From Phyllosticta citribraziliensis (taxonomy: Eukaryota), in NCBI RefSeq assembly GCF_038025025.1, contig NW_027117350.1:1178001-1242000 (forward strand): a stretch of 64,000 nt of DNA, read 5' to 3'. The notes below the pieces were generated by a model. The model did no database searches. It saw nothing but the letters and a program-made list of their open reading frames with translations, and had not been told where the DNA came from. The position numbers and the translations under genes were made by a program. Below are positions 1-10,914 of the stretch, piece by piece. Positions within the stretch are counted from its first letter, which is position 1, and the number at the start of each line of letters is the position of its first letter.

Positions 1-1771
1 TCTGATAGTCCTTAATCAAGGCAGCGACGATACTTCGGACCATGCGGTCTGCGACGTATTTGCCCATGCACTGACGCGGGCCAAAGCCGTAGCGCCACAT
101 GTTGTATCGCACCTGTTCGGGTCAGAGCTCAGCTCTAGTATGGGAATCAGTTCGGGGTGGGAGAAGTACCTGCGATGCTTTGAGTCCCAAGAACCTCTCG
201 GGCTTGTACTTGGTGCTCTCAGCTCCCCAGAAAGGGTTGCGGATGTTGAGTCCGTACGTATCTACAATTACCATGGTCTGTTGTCGATTAGCGTGTGATG
301 AAAAAAAGGCTCAAAGGCTCAAGGGAACTTACGCGTCCGGGAATGATCCAATCGCCGACTTTGCGATCAGTTGGAGGAGCTTGGGGAATAGAGAACGCTA
401 AATGGCTGTGAGAAAAGCGTCCACGACTACGAAGCCGGGACAAACTTACGCGCAACAGGCCGCAGGCGGGACGCCTCGCTGATGCAGGCAGCAAGCAGCG
501 TGTCGTTCCGGGAGATGTAAGAGTCCCATGATGCATCATCGGTGCCGCTTTCCCTCTCGATCTCCTCCAGGAGTTTCGTCTGGTATTCGGGATAAGAGGC
601 AAGATATATGAAGTTCCACGAAATCGCGCCCGTGGTGACGTCGAGATTGGCAAAAAGCGACTCGTCCAAAGTTTGCAGGAGCTGTGCCAGATCAGCGATG
701 TTGTTCACGCGCTACTTCGCAGAGCATTACCTGTGTTTGGTCAAGCTTTCCGCTCTTGCTGTCCTCCCACAGCTTGGTCATGGCCGTTTTGGCTCCCCTG
801 GCCTTTGCCTTCTGGTAGATGTTTTCGTTGAAGGCCAGCCACTCTCGTTGGAAGTTGTCAAGCAGCCTATTTGCTGTTGTTGGGAGATACCGAGACAACC
901 AGAAACGCGCCATGCCGCCCTTGATCACAAAGGTGAAGAGTTTCTGGCGTATGGGAGATATCCTCCTGAGCCACTTGACGTCGTCGGCATCGAGCTCGCC
1001 GTACAGCAAAGTGGCCACAACGAGGAACGGATAGAACTTAACGTCTTCAGCAGGGTCGAATACACCATTTTGGAAGTCTCCGCTCGAACTAAGCTTCTCC
1101 ATGTACCGTCGCGTCTGCTCGCGGATGATGGGCGCGTCATTTGAAATTGCCGAGTGGGTGAAAGGCACCTCCATCTGCGACCGCAGGCTTTGCCACGATT
1201 TGCCGCTGAGCAAGCCGACACATTGGCCCAAAATCTGGCTCATCAGATATCCCGAGTCGTTGTTGACGGCTTTGTAGTGCTGGTCCGAATCCTTAAACAC
1301 TTCCTTCAAGTGTTGCGGATCAGAGATGACACTGGCGAGTTTCAGCAACAAAATTGAGAAATCCAAGGGCCAGCAACTCACACTTCAGAAGAAGAACCAC
1401 ACCAGATTCTGTAAATGGAGCCAAGCTTCTCCATCCACTCTTCGGCATTCTGACGGCCTTCGAGGAACTTTGCAACGTCGCCATTGCCGTTCGGCCAGCG
1501 GTATGGGAGCGACGGCAAATTCTTTGCTCCATCCTCGCTCTTGATGGGATAAGCCCAATGCAAATACCACTGTTGGCGATCAGTACTGGCGAGTCTCAAG
1601 TGTTCCGGAGGACTTTACGTTGAAAATTCCTGAGAGCAAGTCGGTGATTGCGCTCTGGCAGAATGAACGTGCTTTGAAGAAGATGGCTGTGATCAGGGTG
1701 GTAATGCTCAATCCCCACACCAATCGCGCCACCGTCAATGGCTCAGATCCGAAGGTCTCGAGAAACAACAT
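1..1771 (-). CDS. gliC: Cytochrome P450, GliC-like (diketopiperazine hydroxylase); multi-exon, 3' end runs off the window edge
   Basis: ATG at 1771 followed by an N-terminal TM segment; first intron GT..AG at 1570-1618. I-helix 'ESLFANLDVTTG', ExxR 'EASR', heme motif 'YGFGPRQCMG' read from the reverse strand near 60-95. Divergent from the GST gene. Confidence 0.88.
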
Positions 1772-1880
1772 CTTTGGTATGGCCAAAAAGCATCACCAGC
1801 GGAGTTCTCGGCGTCGAGTGGGATTAAATCTGGCTTCCGTATCTGTTCTATCAACGAGTCGACCGCTTCGCACGTCCCGA

Positions 1881-1891
1881 TCGGAACCCGA
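1881..1891. promoter_or_regulatory. GliZ-type Zn2Cys6 site TCGG-AAC-CCGA
   Basis: Exact TCGGN3CCGA in the divergent gliC/gliG promoter. Confidence 0.8.
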
Positions 1892-2029
1892 GTCCGTTCT
1901 CAATCCGATTCGACCTTCAGCTGCTTCCGACCGGTAGCCACCGGGCCCCGAACACGCTCTTGTTACTGATGCTATAAGGACAAGTGGTGCCATATCCTAT
2001 TTTCGTACCAAAAGTCCGCCACAGCCGCA

Positions 2030-2914
2030 ATGGGATCAACAGCACCGGAGTTCCCCGCCGTCAAGTACGGGGACATCCCGTACAACGGGAAGCCGATCCT
2101 CTACGTCGTAAAAGGTCCGAGCACATCTGCTTTGCGTCTGTATTGCTGGTCTAATCATGTCCTGTAGCCACGAAGACTTCATACATCAACTACATGAAAG
2201 TGTTGATGCTGGCGGAGGAGCTGAACCTGGACTATGAGATTTCAGTCGTCGTGACCAAAGACGAGTGGTACCAGCCGATCCACCCCGAACGTTACGTGCC
2301 CACGATCCGCGACAAGGACTCGGAGACAGACCAGGACATTTACGTGTTTGAAAGCACCGCCTGTCTTCAGTACCTCGCGGATAGCTACGACAAGGAGGGG
2401 CTTTGGCATGGAAAAACGCAAAAGGAGAAGGGTGACATCTTTTCCTGGACTGCTTATCAGACCGCAGGACTCGGGTATGACACTTTTGCCTGCTCTTCGC
2501 CATCTGGACTCATCGACAACTAAATCTTCTGATTAGGGCTACCTCCAAGTACTGGTTGTACTTTTTCGCAGTTCATGATGAGAAGTTGCCAAAGGCTATT
2601 GACAAGTAAGTCACATTCTTTGTTCTCCGTCTCACCGGAATCTGACAGGGGAACACAGATTCTACGCAAATGTCCTGAAGCAATGGGACATTTTGGAAAA
2701 GCGTCTTTCCCAGCCAGACCAGACGTACATCGCATTGAAGGACCGTCCAACTGTTGCGGACCTGGCATATCTTCCCTTTGCAATGCCATACATGTTTGAG
2801 TTTATGCAGGTGAAGATTGACGACTGGCCGAAGATCAAGGAGTGGTCAGATCGTATGCTGAGTCGCTCTGCAGTCAAGAAGATCTTGGATTTTGCTCCGA
2901 CCATAGGGAACTGA
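2030..2914 (+). CDS. gliG: Glutathione S-transferase, GliG-like (about 4 exons)
   Basis: MGSTAPEFPAV..ILYVVK, then GST-N 'IHPERYVPTI..VFESTACLQYLAD' and GST-C 'DRPTVADLAYLPF..WPKIKEWSDRMLSRSAV'. GT..AG introns; ETP context. Confidence 0.88.
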
Positions 2915-3435
2915 GGCTGCGGTCGTATGTATATTAATGAATTTCAATGGCAATAGATAAAGAACTGCATGGTTGTGTTTATGCTCCCACCGGCGTAGGC
3001 GGACAGGAGTTGATCTTTGTTCTTGGTGTTGGATCCTGTCTGAACTCAGATGCGTCGAAGCCAGATTTTGTGATTGGGACAGATCGTTTGAGTTCATTGA
3101 CATTGATTCTGGACAACCGTGGTCCCCAAAGCATTTTCCAATTTATTACCAAATACTGATACCATGGCGCATGGTCTACTGAAATACACGTACTGAGAAG
3201 AAGAAATACAACACGAAAATAAAAAAGTTGTAGCGACTGCACAAAAATGCAGCTCGAGGCGAAGAGGATACAACGTCAGTTCCATCTGGTTGTGTTCATT
3301 GTTAAACCCGCAATTAGTTATTACGATGAATCAAACTTGACTGAGAAACTCAAAGCAAGTGATGCCTTGCTAGTACAGGTTCGCCGAATCTGGAAACCGA
3401 AAGGCGCACGAGCATTATTGCAGCCGACTCGCGAA

Positions 3436-3446
3436 TCGGCGCCCGA
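3436..3446. promoter_or_regulatory. GliZ-type site TCGG-CGC-CCGA
   Basis: Exact motif about 230 bp upstream of the ABC transporter ATG. Confidence 0.75.
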
Positions 3447-3672
3447 CGGGACTTGTCGAAAGCCGACCACTCAGATTGGGAGCGGGATTGTATGCGAATC
3501 GATCACACCCTAATACTACAAGCGACTGCGGGGAACCTATTCTCTCTTTCTGGCTATGATTCATTGTTGACAAGAGGATCTGTATGTCGCCTCCTGTGGC
3601 CGGTTTCTTCTCGAACCTTTTTTCGTTTCGAACTCTCCCATTTTAATTCTGTCACTCATTACGCGAGCTCCC

Positions 3673-6490
3673 ATGACTTCTCTGGGGCTTACCATAGCTC
3701 TTTGGACCTACCCCGTCGCCTTTTGCTTGGTCGCCCTCGTGGCCAATTGCTATGAAGTCTTATACAAGCCCAAAGAGCCCGCGGGCAAAGTCGACACTCG
3801 GCGCTTGGCGAGGGCGGACAAGACGAAATTTCTGCTTCATATTATTCTAGTCATTATTTTGGTAAGTGGATCAATTTATGTTGAAACAGTTGCAAAATGC
3901 TGATAACTACCCAGGCAGTCAACACATACATTGCCGGATATGGAACGCTCAAGGGTGCAAGTGGATCACTGTTTGTCGGAGAGGCATATCTTGTAGGCGT
4001 TGAGAATGCTGCGTCAAAGGTGGCTTGGCTGACTTCTCTCATTCAAGGCTTCGATGCTTTCCATGCTCCTGATTTTCTGCAGCACACTTCTCCCCGATCC
4101 AGATGTCCCATACACGCCGGCGAGGTCCAATTTACAAACATGGCTACTGAGTGTCGTGTACGAAGTCGCCATCCTGGTCATGTGTCTGACCAGACTCTCG
4201 GCGGACCAAGGAGGACAAAGTGCGCTGGTTGTGACGTGCGAGGCGCTCTCGGCCGCTCGCGTCGTCGTGCTCAGCTTAATGTCAGCGCTGTATCTGCTCA
4301 GCCGACGCAGAATCGACGACAAAACTTCGGATGAAGAGCGCGAGTCTCTGCTGAGTGAGGAGCAGAGCGTACCGCATTACGGTTCTTCAGCTGCGGCGGC
4401 GGCGGCAGACCCTCGATCCAAGGACGCGCAGACAGTATCTGCGTTCGACTACCTGGCTGGGTTCCGTGATCTTCTTCCGTACCTTTGGTAGGTTTTCCAA
4501 ACACAAACGTGAGCGTGGACTGGCCATTTATCTGACGCCGACAGGCCATCGGACTCACGTCTGCTACAAGCCCGCGCAGTCTTTTGTTTCGGTCTCCTGG
4601 CTGCTCAACGTATTGTCAATATCCTGGTGCCGCATCAACTTGGTGTCGTCGTCGACCATCTCGGCAAAGGAAAACTACCGCTCAAAGAAATCTTCATTTA
4701 CGTCATCTACCGTGGTCTTCAGGGCCAACAAGGTGTCATTGGCTCCCTGAGGGCGATTCTCTGGATTCCCATCAGCCAATCTGCCTACCGCCGACTCACA
4801 ATTGCTGCATTCGAGCATGTCATGAAGCTGTCACTTGACTTTCATTTGAGCAAGCGCATCGGCGAGGTTATCAGCGCGCTGAGCAAGGGCAGCGCCATCA
4901 ACACATTTCTTGATGGTCTCATCTTCCAGCTCTTCCCGATGGTGTTCGATCTTTTCATCGCGGCTCTTTACTTCTTCTTCGAACTCGATGCCTTTTACGC
5001 AATTATTGTCGTCTCCGTCATGTGGTTCTACCTGTTCATCACCATCTACATGGCCAAATACCGCGGGCGGGCGCGACGAGAAGCTGCAAACAGAGACCGC
5101 GAAATGGAAGCTGCAAAGTAAGTTCGCAGCAATCTTTGAGCATTGCCGCGCTGACTAGGATGCAGGACTGATGCCATCATGTCGTATGAGACCGTTCACC
5201 ACAACAGCGCTTTGCCCATTGAACTTTCCAGATTTCAACGCCTGGTAAAGCGCTTCCAGACAGCCGAGTACTCCGTGTTCTTCTCCCTCAATATGCTGAA
5301 TGCAGTGCAAAACTTCATCTTCGTGCTCAGTGTCTTGCTGGTCTGCTTGCTCGCAGCATACCAGATTTCTGATGGACTGCACAAGGTGGCCATGTTTGTC
5401 ACCGTACTGACATACCTTGCCCAGCTTCAAGCGCCCCTTAACTTCTTTGGAAGCTTCTATACACAGGTCCAGAACAACATGGTTGATGCCGAGCGCATGC
5501 TGGCTCTTGTAGGTGGCAAACTTTCACAGCACGCAAACAACACTGACAAAGCGATCGTTCGATAGTACAAAATCACGCCAACGGTCAAAGACAGTCCCCG
5601 AGCGAAGCCAATGCCTACATGCGAGGGCAAGATTGCATTCAACCACGTCAACTTTGCCTACGACAAGCGCAAGCCGGCTCTGGGGGACGTATCGTTCGAA
5701 ATTGCGCCGGGCACAACGACAGCGATTGTGGGCGAGAGCGGCAGCGGCAAGTCGACGATTTTGAAGCTGCTGTTCCGTTTCTACGAGATTGATGGCGGCA
5801 GCATTACCGTGGACGGTGTCGACATCCGCGATGCCACAATGGAGACGCTGCGCACGCACTTTGGTGTCGTACCCCAGGACACGATCTTATTCAACGAGTC
5901 CATTCTGTACAATCTCATGTACTCAAAGCCTGACGCTACGTTTGAGGAGGTGCAGGAGGCTTGCAAGGTCGCAAGCATCCACGACAAGATTCTCAGCTTC
6001 CCGGACGGATACAACACCGGCGTCGGTGAGCGAGGTTTGAGGCTTTCCGGCGGTGAGAAGCAAAGGGTAAGTGGAACATGCGCCTCCAAGATCCGTCTGC
6101 AACCATCTGACAATATCACAGATTGCAATCGCGCGCGCGGTGCTCAAGCGCCCGCAGATCATGCTTCTGGACGAAGCAACTGCTTCATTGGACTCGCAGA
6201 CCGAGCGCCTGATCCAGGACGCGCTGAAAACCGCATGCAGTGGAAAGACTACAATTGCCATTGCGTAAGTGCCCATGCTTCCTGAAATCACGCAAAAAAT
6301 GTGACTGACTTATCGCAGCCATCGGCTTTCGACTATCACCGAATCGCACCAGATCATTGTCATGCACTCAGGAAGTATTGTAGAGAGGGGCACACACGAG
6401 GAACTGCTTGCACTTGGTGGCAGATACAGATCTATGTGGGAGAAGCAGACCAAAGCTGCCTCTTCCAAGTCTGAAGGCAGGAAGGAGTAA
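3673..6490 (+). CDS. ABCB half-transporter (HMT1/ATM1-like; SirA/VerA-type ETP exporter), multi-exon
   Basis: TM domain '[20 protein letters not shown]', Walker [10 protein letters not shown], signature LSGGEKQR, Walker B '[11 protein letters not shown]', H-loop 'AHRLSTI'. Last exon ends TAA at 6488-6490. Confidence 0.92.
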
Positions 6491-6720
6491 TAGGGAGGCG
6501 AAACTTTTGTTTATTGCACGTGAGGAGTTTGCCGGGCTTTCCAAATTTCTGCGCCTGCACCTACGTTTATCTGTACCATTTTCATTGCATTATCTTTACC
6601 GAATCGATCTTTACATTCTTTCGTCGTCGTCTCGCGCATGGTCTGATATATGCGAGAGAAAAACTTGAAAATGGAACATGCTATCGATCCGTGGTGGTGT
6701 CTTCTACAAGTAGATGAACA

Positions 6721-6757
6721 CCTCGCCAAAATCCTCGCCAAAATCCTCGCCAAAATC
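6721..6757. repeat. 12-bp tandem repeat (cctcgccaaaat)x3
   Basis: Seen directly in the convergent intergenic region. Confidence 0.8.
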
Positions 6758-7015
6758 ATTCGTTCTGGTTCTCGTAATATGCCTTTCGCGCGGAACTGAA
6801 ATGGAAATTGGAACAAAGTCTAAGGTCAAAGGCCCCACAGTTTCTATATACAGTTGAACCCATTTTGTGTGAGAGAAATTGCATATTGTTCAAATCCATT
6901 GCGATATTTGTGTGACATTCAGACGCGTTGACAAAGTGGAGTAAAGGATGTCTTTGTCAAGAATCAGTAAAACAAAACGCTAATGAGTATTGTACAAGAA
7001 AAATGTGCCACGCAT

Positions 7016-8656
7016 CTAAACATTCTTCTTCCTGCGAAGCTGAATAATGGCCTTGGGGTTGATGACAACTCGTATACCATCGATATACCTGCTCTCTTCA
7101 TTTTCATGACCTGGCTTGACCCGAACGTCGTAGTGCGTCAACAGATGCGCCAGGAATGCCTTTTCCAAGGCCGAGAAGAAGATGCGACCGGGACAGGCGC
7201 GCCCGCCCAGCGAGAAGTTGATCTCCGAATCGCTGGTCGAAGTGAGCTGGTGCCTGAACTCTTCGCCCGGAGCCTGCCGCATGCGATAAAAGCGGTATCC
7301 GTCGAACTTGGTCGGTTCCGAGAAGAACTCTGGCGACATGTTGGCGCGGTCAGCGCTGACGGCGCACAGTGTGCCGTAGGGGATACGCGGGCCCACTGAG
7401 AGCTGCATGCCGTTCGGATCGACGACTTTTCGCATGATGGCCACTGTGTTGGAGCGAATGAGTTAGCTTTGGGCTGAGAGCGAGTGTTGTGTGACGTACT
7501 CATAGATGGCGGGTTCAAGCGGTGAGTCTCCTTCATGAAACTGTCCATCTTCTTCATCTTGAACACCGCAGCCTTGTTCAAGCCGCCAAACTCGTGCATC
7601 ACCTCCTCATACTCCTCCCGCAGCGGTTCCTGATACTCCGAGTACTTGGCAATGTTGAACAATGAGTGACTGAGCCCTCCCGAGATGTTCATGACTGATT
7701 CTAGGATAATTGTGACTTCGTCGCGAGCCAGCTTCTTGGCGACGGGGTTCGAGTATTCCGGAATCATCCAGTCAAGCAGCTCGCCACCGTCAGAGTGAAT
7801 TGCAGCTGTACGCCTGGATTTGAAGTCTTTGCCTGTGGCAAGATAGCGATCGAGATGGCTCTGTATGACGGGCATCATCAAGTCCTCCATGTGGTCTCGT
7901 GCTTTCGTCAAGGCGCGGATCCATGGGAGGCGCGACTCGAAGAACCAGCGAATGATTGGGGGCACCGGTCTCAGACTGCCAACTGCGTCGCTCAGAGTGC
8001 GTACGTACTCGGTCACTGCGGTAAACCACTCGGGATCGCGGCTTAGCTGTCGGCCCAGGAACGGGCGCGAACTCATGATCGACGCGATGCGAAATGTCGC
8101 GGGCCAGATCTGGTCTACGGTGGTCCATTCATCGCAGCTCCCAAACACCGTATCGAAAGCGTAGGCGACATCGGCTTCGAATGAATTGATGACAACGTCG
8201 AGATTGTTCGACATGGCCCGGATGCCCGCCTTCAGCTCCATATTTTCTTCGCCCTGATACGTGTATTTCCCGAGGAGAATGTCGGATGTGTGAGCCTGAA
8301 AAGATGCGGATGTCGATGCAAATAGCTCCCTCATCGCCTTTGGCGGGTAAAAGACATGTGGCATGGACGGCAAGGCGATCTGGTAGACGCCATCTGGATA
8401 CTGCGTTTTGCAGTTAGCGCATTGTTGCAGCCCGCCCCACAGAGGGCCCACTTGCCAGTCTATCGCCCTCACGGACTGCATCCTCAAAGCTGGTGTCGTC
8501 TGGCTTGCCCATTACCGGCACTCCAGGTGCCAAGACTAGCGCAGGCTTGAAAAGTGTGAGAATGTAGTTCCATGACTTGAACAGGATGAAGCCAGAAACG
8601 ACGACAAGTAACGCGATGGAAGGAGAGAAACCGAAACCGAAAACGTTCATGGACAT
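7016..8656 (-). CDS. Cytochrome P450 (tailoring; resembles ent-kaurene-oxidase-like fungal P450s), 3 exons
   Basis: ATG at 8656 with N-terminal TM segment; 'KMDSFMKETHR' (ExxR), 'PTKFDGYRF', heme motif 'FSLGGRACPG'. Introns near 8400-8460 and 7445-7500. Confidence 0.9.
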
Positions 8657-8743
8657 GGTGGGCAACTTCCAACGACGCCAGAATGGTCGGCTACTGAGAG
8701 ACTTCTCTGGGCAAAATATTTGAATGACATTGCGACACGCGTT

Positions 8744-8754
8744 TCGGCGCCCGA
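8744..8754. promoter_or_regulatory. GliZ-type site TCGG-CGC-CCGA
   Basis: Exact motif in the divergent P450/O-methyltransferase promoter. Confidence 0.8.
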
Positions 8755-8923
8755 GCTGTTTGTGATACGACTCAGGCGTATCATGGCCAAGGTTTGACTT
8801 TTGACTGCTCGGGACGGAAAGCGAGCGACAGATAAATCATTGAACAGACTTGGAATAGCGGTACGGCGCATTCACAACTCACTTTCAACTCAGAATCGTC
8901 GCTCCTCCATCCGATCCGCTACC

Positions 8924-10202
8924 ATGGCCTCCAAGACGTCTGCTCTCGCAGCTCTCAGAGACTTGCGGGAATTGACGGCAAAACTCGAGGCGCAGATAGA
9001 AGCGTGCCCAGGAAATACTTCGTTGGTCGACGATCGCGGTTTGGACAGCACCAGAAGTGGGTTCATCGAGACCGCTAACAAAGTGAGCCTGCTCCTGAGT
9101 CACCCGCTGGAATACTGGGCACAGGTTCGAGGCACCTGCGCCGACACCGCGGCATTCCGGTCCGCCAGCGAGCTCGAGTTATTCCAGCGCATACCACTCG
9201 ACGGCACCATTTCTTCTCAAGACCTCGCCGCAGCCGCAGGTGTCGATGAGGACGCGCTGACACGAGTCCTGAGATTGCTGGCTCTACGGGATTGTTTTCA
9301 AGAAAAGAAACCACACGTCTTCGCCCATACGCACTTCTCTGCTTTCGTGAGAGAGCATCCGCACTTTGCATCCTTCACCCGAACAAGCCTGGAAGTATTT
9401 GGGTGCTCATCGACAAGTCTGCCTGATGCGCTTCTTGCGCCAGTGGATTCTGATGGACACAAGCCGAGTGCCTTTGAAGTGCGATTCGGCGAGCCATGCT
9501 ATGCATACTGGAACAACCACCCGGAGAAGCTGGCACGGTTTCAGCACGGGCTCCACGAGCCACTACTCTTGAACGAGATTACCGAAGCATATCCTTGGAA
9601 CGAGGTCAAGGGTACGGTTGTTGACATTGGAGGAGGCGAAGGCCAGGTTGCAATGTGCCTGGCAGACGTAAGACCAACGGAATCCTCAGAGGTATCCGTT
9701 TCGCTGACCGACCGAGCAGCACTTTTCGCATTTGAGCTTCATCGTTCAGGACGTCTTCGTCAAGGAGGACAAAGTCGAAGAAGTTGCCCGCCGCAATTTG
9801 TCCAACAGACTGCGCTTTGAGGTCCACGATTACTTCACGCCCCAAGAACCCGTGACAACGGGCGCCTACTTCCTCAAGCACTGCTTGCACAACAACGGAG
9901 ACGACGACTGCGTGAGGATCCTCAAAGCCATTGTACCGGCTTTGCAGACAAGCGGACCGGGAGCATGCTTGATTATTGCCGAAAACGTTCTTCCAGAATG
10001 GGACGACGCAAGTATGGCGAGGAGGCAGAAGACGGAGTTGCTCCAGGACGACATCAGCATGATGCTGTTGTTCAACGCAAAGAAAAGGACTGCGGCGGAA
10101 TACCAAAGCTTGTTATCTCGTTCGCATGATCGGCTAAAGATTGTCGCAATCCATAGGCCTTCCCGGGGCCAGCTGTGTTGCTTGGAAGTTCGTCTAGCAT
10201 AG
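8924..10202 (+). CDS. SAM-dependent O-methyltransferase (GliM/SirM-like), 2 exons
   Basis: Winged-helix dimerisation region, 'VVDIGGGEG', 'FIVQD', 'HDYFTPQ', 'YFLKHCLHN', 'KKRT'. Intron at about 9668-9718. Confidence 0.88.
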
Positions 10203-10914
10203 AAAGTGTAGAAAGCCGAGAAAAGAGCACCGACCGGGCTCCGAGCGTGCACCGAACACGCACGGAAGCCGAGAAAAGTTCACTTCTCGCAGTATGTTGC
10301 AACAAGCCATCCATCCAAAAGCTCTAACAAAATGTGACTTTTCTGGACGACTGGCCGGAAAGAGAGAGAGTGTGTGAGAGAGATGTTGCAGCTGTGACTT
10401 ACTTCTGACGAAATGGGCTGGTGGGGGATAGATCCGAGTTGGCGCCTGCCCTGGCGCAGTTCTGGCGTTCAAGGGCCGAAATTTGAGTTGCGATACAAGT
10501 TGACAAGGAGGTGAATTGAATTTGCTTTGAATCTCATGGCATGAGTTTGCTTCGTCTTCCTTCAAACTGCACGCATCTGCTAGTCAAGAGCTGGTCAGTC
10601 TTCTTGCCCTTCTGGGTTAGACGTGAATGCCGGGTCGGGCCGTTCTCGGGCGGGGTAAGCCAACAATTTTTTTCAACATCTCGCCTTTGACACCTCACGA
10701 CTCATCAACTTTGGACTTCTCAATCCAACTCCGCCAGCATCGTGCCAATGTAAAAATTCAGGATTGAATGCGTACAAGACTTCTGCTTGCAACAAGCCAT
10801 AGACTGGCTGAGATTCCCCATCTACCACAAACTCCAGGCATGCGATGAGAAGGGAAGAAGAGAAGACGGGAGAAAAGAACCGGAAGATTGACTAGGAAAG
10901 GGAAAAGACACGAA

